From: a virus
Taxonomy: Duplodnaviria; Caudoviricetes
Direction: 5' to 3' (one strand)
DNA: 64,000 bases
IMG/VR virus record: IMGVR_UViG_3300021376_000006
The notes beneath the pieces are model-generated. The model worked only from the letters and a program-made list of their open reading frames with translations. It did no database searches and was not told the origin of the DNA. The translations under genes were made by a program, and so were the position numbers. Positions 39,118-47,915 of the stretch are shown piece by piece; positions within the stretch are counted from its first letter, which is position 1; every line of letters starts with the position of its first letter.

Positions 39118-39745
39118 CTACCTTTGGACTAAGACTTTGTGCTTCTTGTTTTAATCTTTCTGCTTCGGCCAACAATTGTTGAGCACTTGCTTCCATTTTT
39201 TGAGCTTGCTCTAACCGTTGCGATGCGAGGTCAGAATCTGACAATAGTCCTGACAGCATGTCGGCTGCACTGGTATTACCTTGTGCTTCACGAGTTTTAC
39301 GTTCACCCACTTCCTGAATTGTAGCTTTTCTAGGTGCCTGTTTGCCTGTCATGCCTCTGCTGGCATCAATGTCCTGTAGCCGTTTTAATGCTTCTTCGCC
39401 TTTGGCCATTTCGTCAAGAATATCGTTTAGCTCATCTAACCGAACACTCGAATTTGAAGTTGGTGTAACTAACACTTGATTAGTAGGAACTTTCTTCATT
39501 AGCCCATTGCGATGTAGACTTTCTAAACAATTAGCACCATCAGCCATAATAGTCCTAAATAAAACATCACTGAGTTCTTTGGCTTCTTGTCCTTGCGGAC
39601 TTTCGAGTGCTCGCATAACTTCATCATGAATCATTCTTGGTAACAAGTCACTGTACAAAACCAGTGCCATGTGATCTAATTCGGGAATTTTTCGAAACAC
39701 AATTACACATCGCTTATCGTTGTGTTTACCAACGTGTTTTAACAT
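39065..39745 (-). CDS. Hypothetical coiled-coil protein
   Basis: Start MLKHV at 39745 with AAGGAG Shine-Dalgarno; C-terminal heptads. Confidence 0.65.
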   Translation of the reverse strand: MLKHVGKHNDKRCVIVFRKIPELDHMALVLYSDLLPRMIHDEVMRALESPQGQEAKELSDVLFRTIMADGANCLESLHRNGLMKKVPTNQVLVTPTSNSSVRLDELNDILDEMAKGEEALKRLQDIDASRGMTGKQAPRKATIQEVGERKTREAQGNTSAADMLSGLLSDSDLASQRLEQAQKMEASAQQLLAEAERLKQEAQSLSPKVDDVGTKTKKTATKKQAA

Positions 39746-39761
39746 TTGATTTCTCCTTGAT

Positions 39762-39983
39762 TTATTCGGACTGATCCGCAGCGGCATCTAGCGGTGTCGT
39801 TTTATTTATGGCACCGCTGGCTTCTAAAAATTTTAAAAGTTTATCGTAAACTGCGCCGACTGCGCTGAGTTCTTCGGCTTTGATAGCACCGCGTTCGCTA
39901 GTCACTCGTATAAGATTCAACATTAAAACTAAATCTGCAAGAGCAAGGCTGGGTGCTTCGGGGGATTGTGAATTCTGATCCAT
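39762..39983 (-). CDS. Hypothetical protein
   Basis: 73 aa, GGAG Shine-Dalgarno; TTAAATA late-like motif at 40007-40013 upstream. Confidence 0.6.
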   Translation of the reverse strand: MDQNSQSPEAPSLALADLVLMLNLIRVTSERGAIKAEELSAVGAVYDKLLKFLEASGAINKTTPLDAAADQSE

Positions 39984-40040
39984 TTGTTCTCCATTAAAGT
40001 TATATATATTTAATGAAGACCAATTAGATAGTTTTTTTTA

Positions 40041-40328
40041 CTAATAGTTAGATTGTTGTATCTGATCTAGGCAAAGACTAAACATACTTGCTTCGCCGGG
40101 GATTTCAAACGCAGCACAAGTAGACATAATTATTGGTCCGTTTTTGTTTGTATAATAAATATCTCCAAACCAAAATCTACCTTCAAAATTTTCCCAGATC
40201 CAGTCGGTAATTTTTTTTGGATTTCCAAGTTGTAGTTCAAATTGAACTTTGACAAAATGTGGTGGACAGCGATCCAACTCACGTAGTCCGTGTACTGCTA
40301 ACGGATTTGCTTCTCCGTTACGTAACAT
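40041..40328 (-). CDS. Hypothetical protein
   Basis: Start MLRNG overlapping the upstream gene. Confidence 0.5.
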   Translation of the reverse strand: MLRNGEANPLAVHGLRELDRCPPHFVKVQFELQLGNPKKITDWIWENFEGRFWFGDIYYTNKNGPIIMSTCAAFEIPGEASMFSLCLDQIQQSNY

Positions 40329-40605
40329 TTTTGTTGCCTTTGGTCTCATCTGTTACAACAAGAATTTTTTGTTCGTCGGCTGATATGCTAGTATCTGGTC
40401 GCACAATACGATTTCTAAGAAACTCATTTGATTGTTCGATCCAAGTGCTTAAAATTTCTCGCTGCCCGGTTACTTCAACAATTTCAGCTGCACGAGTGAT
40501 ATCTTCTAGTGCGTCTTCGGTTAGCAACAAACGTTCTTGCAAGTCAGCAATAAGTTGTTTGACTTTTTTGCTTGCTTTTAGCTCGTCAAAATTAATTGGT
40601 GCCAT
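40318..40605 (-). CDS. Hypothetical protein
   Basis: 95 aa, AGGGGA Shine-Dalgarno-like sequence. Confidence 0.5.
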   Translation of the reverse strand: MAPINFDELKASKKVKQLIADLQERLLLTEDALEDITRAAEIVEVTGQREILSTWIEQSNEFLRNRIVRPDTSISADEQKILVVTDETKGNKNVT

Positions 40606-40831
40606 TGTTGTCCCCTAGTCGTTCTTTCCAATCAAATCCAACATAGTACTCCATGAGTGTTTCCATAGCATTACGGTATCTATAATTATGTTCAAGATCT
40701 TCTTTTTGATATTTCTTTAATTCTTTAGCAGACTCCAGGCGACCAATGTCCTCACACAAGCCTTTATAGTCTTGTACAAGAATACTACGCATCAAGCCAT
40801 CTACCGCTTCATTGTTTAGTTCAACTATCAT
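40592..40831 (-). CDS. Hypothetical protein
   Basis: 79 aa, ATGA coupling. Confidence 0.5.
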   Translation of the reverse strand: MIVELNNEAVDGLMRSILVQDYKGLCEDIGRLESAKELKKYQKEDLEHNYRYRNAMETLMEYYVGFDWKERLGDNNGTN

Positions 40832-41001
40832 CGTGCCATCCTTTCTTTCCTACAGGCTTCTTTTATTTCGTTAGTATAGTCCGGGCTGATTTCTGCAATG
40901 CTGCAATCAATTACTCGCCTATCTTCGGGGAAACTGTACAGGGCCACTACAACTGCGATAGCTACAGCCACAAGTACTAAAATAAATTCTTTCGATATCA
41001 T
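40828..41001 (-). CDS. Small single-pass membrane protein
   Basis: MISKEFILVLVAVAIAVVVALY hydrophobic segment; TAATG coupling with the vWA gene. Confidence 0.5.
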   Translation of the reverse strand: MISKEFILVLVAVAIAVVVALYSFPEDRRVIDCSIAEISPDYTNEIKEACRKERMAR

Positions 41002-42248
41002 TATCGTCCTCTCGCAGCTTCTTCGTAGTGAGCCCAGATGCCCCACGGGGGTTCGCAGCCAGGATTGCCTTTAATGATCCAAACAGTTTCGCAATACTCT
41101 TTCTCGCCCCACTCACCGCACGGCATGCCGTCGGTAAACATGATAAACTTTTTTGGTTCAATGTTTTCTTGCTTCATGAACTCCCAATTGGCCATAAAGT
41201 CGGTACCGCCACCACCTGCTGGTTCGTAGTTTTCAATGTCTTCAATATTGTCCGACGTATAAGTTTTGACATTGTAAATTTCAGTGTCAAAGCACCATAG
41301 CGTGATTTTGTACTCGTCAAAGGCTTCCATAATGCCTTTAATCTCGCCAAGGAACGCTTTGCTATCGGCTTCACTAATACTACCCGACTGGTCCATAGCA
41401 ATACAGATATCAATCATGTCGCCAGGCTTGAGTCCGGGCATGATAGCATCCATGTGCCAACCTCGTCGACTAGGCCGCGCCCAAGTATAGTCGTTCTTGA
41501 TTACGGCTGTGATTTGTTGTTGTAGCAGTTCCTTCCAGCCAATTACAGGTGCAGTAATATCTTTGAGCAGTCGTTTAACACCCATTGGCAAGTTGCCTGC
41601 GCCTGCTGCCTGCGCCGCACTAATTACAGCACCTTTTATCTCATCGCGGATAGCCTGTGCTTCTTCTTTGCTTAGTCGAGGCTTACCCGAACCGTCTTTG
41701 CCTTCACCGTCGCTATCTTCTTCGAGGTGATCGTCTAGAATCATCTTCTCAAGTTGGTCCAAGTCTATCTTGTCTGCGTTCTCGTACAGATAGTCATATA
41801 CTTCTTCATAGCTTTGACCTTTAAACTTGTTGTCAAACAAGATAGGAACTACACTGATCTTTTCACCAATGCGCTGTTCTACAAGGTCTTGATTCACACA
41901 ATAGTCAGCAGCAATATTACTGAGACGCGGTTGACGATCGCCACGTCGGCCCATGTGATCATATACAGCATGTAGAATTTCGTGTCCGACAAGAAACTCA
42001 AGTTGCTTTAGCGGCATCTTGTTCACAAACTCGCTGTTGTAATAGAACTTGCGTCCGTCAGTTGCAGCGGTACCGCACCATTCATCCGCATTAGTTAGGG
42101 TCATTCGGGTAGCCAGCTGTCCAAAGAACGGAGCCTTGAGCAACAAGCCAATACGTGCAGTAGTCAGTTTCTCACGAGCCGCAGCATCTGTGCGCGGATA
42201 CGTAACGGTTACAACTTTTTCTTTGTCAATTATTGTAGATTCTGCCAT
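41001..42248 (-). CDS. Metallopeptidase-like (HExxH) plus vWA domain protein, partner of the MoxR ATPase
   Basis: AATDG, HEILH, acidic linker, MIDAS-like DQSGS, GGGGTDF, FTDG. Confidence 0.8.
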   Translation of the reverse strand: MAESTIIDKEKVVTVTYPRTDAAAREKLTTARIGLLLKAPFFGQLATRMTLTNADEWCGTAATDGRKFYYNSEFVNKMPLKQLEFLVGHEILHAVYDHMGRRGDRQPRLSNIAADYCVNQDLVEQRIGEKISVVPILFDNKFKGQSYEEVYDYLYENADKIDLDQLEKMILDDHLEEDSDGEGKDGSGKPRLSKEEAQAIRDEIKGAVISAAQAAGAGNLPMGVKRLLKDITAPVIGWKELLQQQITAVIKNDYTWARPSRRGWHMDAIMPGLKPGDMIDICIAMDQSGSISEADSKAFLGEIKGIMEAFDEYKITLWCFDTEIYNVKTYTSDNIEDIENYEPAGGGGTDFMANWEFMKQENIEPKKFIMFTDGMPCGEWGEKEYCETVWIIKGNPGCEPPWGIWAHYEEAARGR

Positions 42249-42274
42249 TTGTTATGCTCCTTAACTATATGTAT

Positions 42275-42303
42275 ATTATAGCGCAAAATGGATTTATAGT
42301 CAA
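42275..42303 (-). promoter_or_regulatory. sigma70-type early promoter
   Basis: TTGACT, 17 nt, TATAAT; then AAGGAG Shine-Dalgarno and the ATG of the vWA gene. Confidence 0.8.
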
Positions 42304-42617
42304 ACCCATCTTAATGTTATGTGGCTTAGGATATTGCGATTCTGCACATATATGTATTGAGTATTTGGATAATCTCGATCCACGTGCCAACACCACGGCG
42401 GGTCGAACAATTCGTTATCTTTAAACTCCAAAACTGTATTCGCATAACTATCTCGCTCTGTGCTTAACGCGTATTGTTCAATCATCCACGACCTAAGTGT
42501 ATGAAAATTTCTATTGGCTGATTTATATGCATTAGGGCTATGGCCAATACGCAAGCGGTATTGCCAAAGTAAATGTCCGGTATATCTCTTGTTAAGTTTT
42601 TCAACAAAAAATTTCAT
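42300..42617 (-). CDS. Hypothetical protein
   Basis: 105-aa ORF between the ATPase and vWA genes. Confidence 0.5.
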   Translation of the reverse strand: MKFFVEKLNKRYTGHLLWQYRLRIGHSPNAYKSANRNFHTLRSWMIEQYALSTERDSYANTVLEFKDNELFDPPWCWHVDRDYPNTQYIYVQNRNILSHITLRWV

Positions 42618-42620
42618 AAT

Positions 42621-42655
42621 AAAAAGGAGGACTTACGGATCAAGATCCTGCCTCC
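42621..42655 (-). terminator. Putative intrinsic terminator after the ATPase gene
   Basis: On the minus strand, GGAGG..GGAT-CTTG-ATCC..CCTCC bulged stem followed by TTTTT. Confidence 0.45.
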
Positions 42656-42673
42656 GCCTCACACGCGACTCAA

Positions 42674-43777
42674 TTACTTGGTAGAACCAGCTGCTGCAAG
42701 AACATACTTGCCAAAACGCTGATGGAACTCATCAAAGCTTGGCATCTTGCCTGGAACCATTGGCAGATTGTATGTAGTAAGTGCAACTCTAGCACCCATG
42801 ACAGTGACTTCGGTTGTAAAATTATCCATCATGAATCGCAAGAAGTTATCCGCCATCTTATGAAACTCGGCAATCTTGTCCTTGTTCTTGGTGTGATAGT
42901 CTTGCAACTCGTAACACATACTAGTAGTCAACGAATACATAGCCGACACTTCTTTGGTCTTGAGTTCTTTAACCTTGCCTGCTAGAATGTCTTCGGGTTT
43001 GGGCAACGAACCAGCAACCTTGCGGTGAGCCATAAACTTGTGTGCAATACCCTCGCCTACACAGCCTGCAACAAGATCCGTAAGCTCTGAAGCTGGCACG
43101 CCTTCGTCATGACAGAACTCACTGGCAAAGGTCCAAGAACGCGGCGTAGCAAACGAGCGGCTATTACTACGCGGATCAAAGTCAAACATGTCTGCCTTAG
43201 CAAACGACAGATAACCAACAACATCTGCATGGATCTTGTTTTTAACAGCCCACGTCTGCCAAGATTCAAAGTCCGGACGGACCTCCAAGTGTACAAAGCG
43301 ATTGGCTAGCGGACTAGGCATACGATAAGTGACACCTTTATCGCTATCTCTATTACCCGCAGCCACCATCACTACATTGTCGGGCAGTGTGTACTTGCCG
43401 ATTCGGCGATTGAGAATCAGCTGATATGCTGCCGCTTGTACAGCCGGTGCCGCTGAATTCATCTCATCCAATAGCAATACTACAATCGGATACTGAGCCG
43501 CTAGCTCGGCGTCAGGCAAATCAATAGGTGGTGCCCAATCCATCAGACCCTTGTCCTTGTTATAGAACGGGATACCACGCATGTCAGTGGGCTCCATCTG
43601 CGATAGACGCAGGTCGATCATGTAGCCGCCTAGCTCGTCACAAATGTCAGCGATCACTTCACTTTTGCCAACACCGGGCGGTCCCCATAGGAACATGGGT
43701 CGCTTGTGTTTAAACGAGCGTAAAATACGGCTACGTGCCTCTTCAGGCGTGACCGTACGAGTTTCAGTTACAGCCAT
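42674..43777 (-). CDS. MoxR-like AAA+ ATPase
   Basis: LWGPPGVGKS (Walker A), DLRLSQMEPTDMRGIP, LLLDEMN (Walker B), AAGNR, PLANRF. Confidence 0.85.
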   Translation of the reverse strand: MAVTETRTVTPEEARSRILRSFKHKRPMFLWGPPGVGKSEVIADICDELGGYMIDLRLSQMEPTDMRGIPFYNKDKGLMDWAPPIDLPDAELAAQYPIVVLLLDEMNSAAPAVQAAAYQLILNRRIGKYTLPDNVVMVAAGNRDSDKGVTYRMPSPLANRFVHLEVRPDFESWQTWAVKNKIHADVVGYLSFAKADMFDFDPRSNSRSFATPRSWTFASEFCHDEGVPASELTDLVAGCVGEGIAHKFMAHRKVAGSLPKPEDILAGKVKELKTKEVSAMYSLTTSMCYELQDYHTKNKDKIAEFHKMADNFLRFMMDNFTTEVTVMGARVALTTYNLPMVPGKMPSFDEFHQRFGKYVLAAAGSTK

Positions 43778-43808
43778 TTACATCCTCCTTGTCAACGTGT
43801 GAATACAT

Positions 43809-43859
43809 ATTATAGTTTAAAACAGAATAAGCGTCTGTGGCTTTTACACAACAGACGCT
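43809..43859 (-). promoter_or_regulatory. sigma70-like promoter overlapping a 9-bp hairpin (probable terminator of the upstream gene)
   Basis: -10 TATAAT (43809-14), 17 nt, weak -35 CAGACG (43832-37). Inverted repeat AGCGTCTGT/ACAGACGCT at 43830-38 and 43851-59. Confidence 0.55.
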
Positions 43860-43864
43860 CATTA

Positions 43865-44335
43865 TTAGAAACAAGTTTGTCCTGCTTCACGCTTGACTGC
43901 AAGTTTGGCATCACACTTGGCAAAGAATGCTACAGCCTTGGCTGCATCACGCTTGTATTGTGCAAAGCTTACAACTGGCATGCCGTTAGCTTTACGCTCA
44001 CCCATAGCCTCAGCATAAGCCTCCTTAGTTACTTCGTCCGAATCAACTGCTTTGGCCTTGGCTGCGACAACGTTAGTAGTCTTAGCAGCCTTAACCTTAA
44101 CAGTAGCCGGCTTTGCAGCCCGAGCAGCACGAGCCGGCTTGGTAGCAGTCATGCCTTGTGCATTAAGATAGTCGACAGCGGCTTCTTTAGCCATTGTAAA
44201 CGGCAGTTCAATCATCTTAACTTCAGTGCAACCAAAACGTTCAAGTGCCTTGGCACGATTAGCATCGTTAGCAAATTTGTAAACGGTAGTACCGTTTTCA
44301 GTGCAGGTACCTGCAAAAGCAAACAATTTAGACAT
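43865..44335 (-). CDS. Ala/Lys-rich hypothetical protein
   Basis: 156 aa, AAGGAG Shine-Dalgarno, ATKPARAARAAKPATVKVKAAK tract. Confidence 0.65.
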   Translation of the reverse strand: MSKLFAFAGTCTENGTTVYKFANDANRAKALERFGCTEVKMIELPFTMAKEAAVDYLNAQGMTATKPARAARAAKPATVKVKAAKTTNVVAAKAKAVDSDEVTKEAYAEAMGERKANGMPVVSFAQYKRDAAKAVAFFAKCDAKLAVKREAGQTCF

Positions 44336-44366
44336 GCAAGTTCTCCTTACTAGTTAATGTACAACT

Positions 44367-44395
44367 ATTATAGCAAAATGGGTCATTTGAGTCTA
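44367..44395 (-). promoter_or_regulatory. sigma70-type early promoter
   Basis: TAGACT, 17 nt, TATAAT; the spacer shares CCATTTTGC with the promoter at 42275. Confidence 0.75.
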
Positions 44396-44743
44396 CCGTT
44401 TTTTGAGTTTCTTTTTCTGTTGTGTTTTTACAACAGTTTTGGGTGTTACTAAAGGTGCAACTTTCGTTGCTGTTTTGAGCCTGTTAAACAAGAATGTTGC
44501 TTTATTGAACTCAAAATTTGGATGCTTGTACATATAGTCAATTTTACGCTCTAGAACTTGCAAAACTTCTAACAAGTCCATTTTTGTTGCAAAATCGCTA
44601 TTCATTAGTATTTTGTTAACATCATGCTTATCTAGCATGTATTCTACCCATTTTTCTGTTGCGGGTATTTTGTGCCATTGACTTTTAAAACCTTTGCTAC
44701 TAGTTTTGGTTGCATATTTGCTAATGTAACTTTGTGCTAGCAT
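44393..44743 (-). CDS. Hypothetical protein
   Basis: 116 aa, GGGAGG Shine-Dalgarno, Lys-rich tail. Confidence 0.65.
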   Translation of the reverse strand: MLAQSYISKYATKTSSKGFKSQWHKIPATEKWVEYMLDKHDVNKILMNSDFATKMDLLEVLQVLERKIDYMYKHPNFEFNKATFLFNRLKTATKVAPLVTPKTVVKTQQKKKLKKR

Positions 44744-44769
44744 ACAGCCTCCCTTGTATAAGACTATAC

Positions 44770-44798
44770 AGTATATGCTAAACGTGAATTTAGCGCAA
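44770..44798 (-). promoter_or_regulatory. sigma70-like promoter with an inverted repeat in the spacer
   Basis: TTGCGC, 17 nt, TATACT; GCTAAA..TTTAGC at 44777-44794. Confidence 0.55.
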
Positions 44799-44799
44799 T

Positions 44800-45165
44800 C
44801 TACTGTGTTTGAAGGTTGTCTAAGTATTGTTGCAAGTTATCCGCATGTAGTGCAAGTAATACGGATTCTTGTTCGCCAAGCAAATAGACACAATCCAACT
44901 TTTTTATGTAATAAGGACAAGTGAGCAGTCGGCTCATTTGTATTAGAGTGCGATTTCGTAAAGGTTGGGGCAGTACTATTTCGTATTTGGGTATTTTGTT
45001 TAGTTGGACAAACTTGAATCCGTCCATGCTCAATCTCAAGTTTTTGGGATCAGTGTGATTCCACCACCATGTTTTGTGATATCTATTAAAGTTAGCATGG
45101 TCTAGGCCCGTTTGAGTCAAAAACTGTCGGGTATAGTCAGTTTGATTAAGGGTAGATTTGGTCAC
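44800..45165 (-). CDS. Hypothetical protein
   Basis: 121-aa ORF. Confidence 0.55.
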   Translation of the reverse strand: MTKSTLNQTDYTRQFLTQTGLDHANFNRYHKTWWWNHTDPKNLRLSMDGFKFVQLNKIPKYEIVLPQPLRNRTLIQMSRLLTCPYYIKKLDCVYLLGEQESVLLALHADNLQQYLDNLQTQ

Positions 45166-45433
45166 CTTGTTTCATTAAGACCACAGTGAATTTGTCGGTC
45201 TTGAAAAGGGTGTTAAGTTTTTTTGCTAGATTGATAGCGTGTCCACTGTTGCTAAATGAAACCTTCTTATATTTTGGACCCGGGTAAGCAACCAACATAT
45301 TGGAACTTTTTAAGTTGATGGGTTTGTTGTCGTAGAATACCGCCCAAATTCCTTCGCTGCTGAGAACTTGATCGCTTTTGTAGTTAGATTTATTAACATG
45401 TTCTAACAGTACTGTGGGTTTAGGTCTAGACAT
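45146..45433 (-). CDS. Hypothetical protein
   Basis: 95 aa (MSRPKPTVLLEH..), AAGGA Shine-Dalgarno. Confidence 0.65.
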   Translation of the reverse strand: MSRPKPTVLLEHVNKSNYKSDQVLSSEGIWAVFYDNKPINLKSSNMLVAYPGPKYKKVSFSNSGHAINLAKKLNTLFKTDKFTVVLMKQGDQIYP

Positions 45434-45453
45434 CTTGTAATCCTTGAACTATG

Positions 45454-45461
45454 TATTTATG
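45454..45461 (-). promoter_or_regulatory. T4-like late promoter motif (CATAAATA)
   Basis: Intergenic, about 20 nt upstream of the ATG at 45433. Confidence 0.55.
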
Positions 45462-45482
45462 CAGTTTTCTGGGTAGTTTAAG

Positions 45483-45692
45483 TTAAAAACCTCCTCCATC
45501 AAAGTTAGTAGCTGGTATTTGCGTTGTTTCTGATTTTGTTTGAAGTTCGGCAATGTTAGCCAATAAATTAAAGATATCTGCGTGTAAATTTCTTGCTTCT
45601 TCGGCTGATAGAGTTAATTGTTTGCTTCCAGTTTGATTTAAGACTTTAACACGCTCATTGAAATTTTTAACTGCTAAACTTAGTTTTTGCAT
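45483..45692 (-). CDS. Hypothetical protein
   Basis: 69-aa ORF. Confidence 0.5.
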   Translation of the reverse strand: MQKLSLAVKNFNERVKVLNQTGSKQLTLSAEEARNLHADIFNLLANIAELQTKSETTQIPATNFDGGGF

Positions 45693-46153
45693 TGTAGATC
45701 CTGTAAGGTGTGTTGCATTTGTTGCTTGGTCAAAAAAGGACCAACGTACTCATATCTTGAAATTGTTATATTCTTAGGGCAAAATGATTCAGTCCATATG
45801 CCATTTAGTTTAATGCCATAATACCCTGCACAGTATAAACTTTTACTTTTGCCTGTCTTACTGTAAATTGGTAATCGTCTATGTACATCCCATACTTGAT
45901 TGAAGGCTTTGCCGTTTATAGGATAACCATATACAGTTTTGGCATTTTCTTTTTTAACACGTTCTGGCGAGCCAAATTTAATATTATATTTTTGTTTTAA
46001 AACTTTAACACTAGGGAAATATTCTCTTTGTTCGTCATGAACATAAACTAATCCACCATCCTCTCTTGCCTGAATGGTAGCAATCTTTTGACCGTGATCT
46101 TCTACTACCCAAAATTTATTTTTTACTACGGGTTTGGCTACTCGTTCAGTCAT
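45680..46153 (-). CDS. Hypothetical protein
   Basis: 157 aa, ATGA coupling. Confidence 0.6.
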   Translation of the reverse strand: MTERVAKPVVKNKFWVVEDHGQKIATIQAREDGGLVYVHDEQREYFPSVKVLKQKYNIKFGSPERVKKENAKTVYGYPINGKAFNQVWDVHRRLPIYSKTGKSKSLYCAGYYGIKLNGIWTESFCPKNITISRYEYVGPFLTKQQMQHTLQDLQCKN

Positions 46154-46425
46154 GTTTTTGCTAATGTGTGATGTGTTACAATTTTTCCAAGTTCTTGGCC
46201 AAGATCTTGATTGTCGCCAATTACATATAAATTATCCTGATCTCCAATACCAATTCCGCTTGCCACTCTAATCACATAACCACCATTGGCGGTATGCACA
46301 TCAAATGATATTTTTTTGTTTGGTAGTTTTTTATTATCGAAGCCATATGAACTGGTTAAATCTATCTGTGATATTTGTGTTGCTGTAATAGGTGCCACCT
46401 GTCCTGCCATTGTATAGTTGCTCAT
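46150..46425 (-). CDS. Hypothetical protein
   Basis: 91 aa, ATGA coupling on both sides. Confidence 0.55.
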   Translation of the reverse strand: MSNYTMAGQVAPITATQISQIDLTSSYGFDNKKLPNKKISFDVHTANGGYVIRVASGIGIGDQDNLYVIGDNQDLGQELGKIVTHHTLAKT

Positions 46426-46523
46426 AGTTTCATTTGCTCTAGCATGATGGCCTGCGCTACCTGCTTGGCAAAATCTTCGTCCTCGTGAATCATGTACAGG
46501 GTGCCTTCATCATTTTTAATCAT
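46422..46523 (-). CDS. Small acidic peptide, 33 aa (MIKNDEGTLYMIHEDEDFAKQVAQAIMLEQMKL)
   Basis: Below the ORF-track cutoff. Fills the gap exactly with ATGA overlaps at both ends and resembles the C-terminus of 46150..46425. Confidence 0.6.
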   Translation of the reverse strand: MIKNDEGTLYMIHEDEDFAKQVAQAIMLEQMKL

Positions 46524-46894
46524 ATGTATTCAATCATTAAAACGCTGACTATAAAACCAATTAACAGATAAGTTATGGCATGAATCAGCTGATCAACCCC
46601 AATCCAAAACCAAAAAGCATCTGCATCAGTGGACCATCTCACTGTGAGTCGACGATGTGCCATATCCACGAAGTAATGTACGACAGCATCAAATACAGCC
46701 AGCATGACCGAAGCTTGTAAAGTCAAAAAATGCATCAAGATTACATAACTCAAAGCACCGTGAAGCCCGGCATGTTGTAATCCGCCCAATCGACCAAAGT
46801 GTCCTTTGTCTTTGAGCATTCGATCACTTTGCCAGCAAAAGTCTGCTAAGAAATGTTTAATAAACAACAATGCCAATATCAGCCATGTGATCAT
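46520..46894 (-). CDS. DUF3307-like membrane protein
   Basis: KHFLADF..Q, HAGLHG, HYFVD and DQLIH His/Asp motifs with hydrophobic helices. Confidence 0.7.
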   Translation of the reverse strand: MITWLILALLFIKHFLADFCWQSDRMLKDKGHFGRLGGLQHAGLHGALSYVILMHFLTLQASVMLAVFDAVVHYFVDMAHRRLTVRWSTDADAFWFWIGVDQLIHAITYLLIGFIVSVLMIEYI

Positions 46895-47880
46895 TCGGGA
46901 TACTCTGCACTAAGAAATTCACCAAACGATTGACTTTGTTCGCTTAATCTATTCAATTCATACTTGCCGCAAAACTTAAGAAACTGTGCGCCCACCATTG
47001 GACGATTTTTTTTGACAGCATTAGCGGCAATTGTTTCTGTAATTTTAGCCTTAATTTCATCAGGTTGTGCTGAGAGATCCACTAGCACTCGATTGCGTTC
47101 ATAATCATCTAACACTCGATGTTCCACACCGTTATGGTCTGTCCATCGCTGAAGCATAAGGTTATTCCAAGCATATCCTTTTTTATGTTGGTCAGCAAAA
47201 GCTTCAGTGAGACCAACTTTGTTTTTGGAACCCTTCGTCCTAACACCAGGGTATGCGGAAAAGATATTATCTGTTGGATCTCCCCGCATACACTTCTCAA
47301 ACAGTATCCACGCCGGGTCAGGGATGACTTTGGGTGCTTTGGTCTTTTTATCAAATACCAGTTTACCTTTCTTGTCAAGGATACCGTTCAGCGTGTGGAG
47401 TTCATCGGCAACACCGTTATATTGCTCGACATTCGGCGCAAGTAGTTGGTAGAAATCGGTGTCCGAGGATATAATAACATGATGGTCATTGGGGTGTTGG
47501 TGGATGAATCCTGCAATAAGATCATCTGCTTCAAGTTTGGGATGTTGAAGAACTGTGCAATTAGTCTTTTCTGTGAGGAACGTTTTAAGGTTATCAAACG
47601 CTTCCCAAAATAGTCGGTCCTCTTCCTGCTCGGTTTTGGTAAGGGCTGCACGAGCGACTGCACGATTCTTTTTGTACGGCTCGTAATAATCTTTTCGCCA
47701 TGACCGTCCCTCCAAACAGAATACCACATGATCGGCTTTCTGATCCCGCCAGGCCTTATTAACCGAACCAAGGGTAACATGAATAGCGAATCCTAGCCGA
47801 TCCCAAGTGTCCGACTGACGGTGAGCCGAATGGCGAGCACGAAAGAATGTGTTTGCAGTGTCTACAATTAGGTATCTCAT
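46891..47880 (-). CDS. 5'-3' exonuclease / T4 RNase H-like (FEN family)
   Basis: YLIVDTANTFFR, EADDLIA, SSDTDFYQL, GDPTDNI acidic motifs. Confidence 0.85.
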   Translation of the reverse strand: MRYLIVDTANTFFRARHSAHRQSDTWDRLGFAIHVTLGSVNKAWRDQKADHVVFCLEGRSWRKDYYEPYKKNRAVARAALTKTEQEEDRLFWEAFDNLKTFLTEKTNCTVLQHPKLEADDLIAGFIHQHPNDHHVIISSDTDFYQLLAPNVEQYNGVADELHTLNGILDKKGKLVFDKKTKAPKVIPDPAWILFEKCMRGDPTDNIFSAYPGVRTKGSKNKVGLTEAFADQHKKGYAWNNLMLQRWTDHNGVEHRVLDDYERNRVLVDLSAQPDEIKAKITETIAANAVKKNRPMVGAQFLKFCGKYELNRLSEQSQSFGEFLSAEYPE

Positions 47881-47886
47881 GCGTTA

Positions 47887-47915
47887 ATAGTAGCATATTA
47901 TTGTACTCCAGTCAA
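47887..47915 (-). promoter_or_regulatory. sigma70 promoter predicting a leaderless mRNA
   Basis: TTGACT, 17 nt, TACTAT, 6 nt, ATG (47880); no Shine-Dalgarno. Confidence 0.6.

Noticed and set aside
43799-44353. 184-aa plus-strand ORF
   Set aside because: It is antisense to the Ala/Lys-rich gene, which has the promoter and Shine-Dalgarno; its composition is that of a shadow frame.
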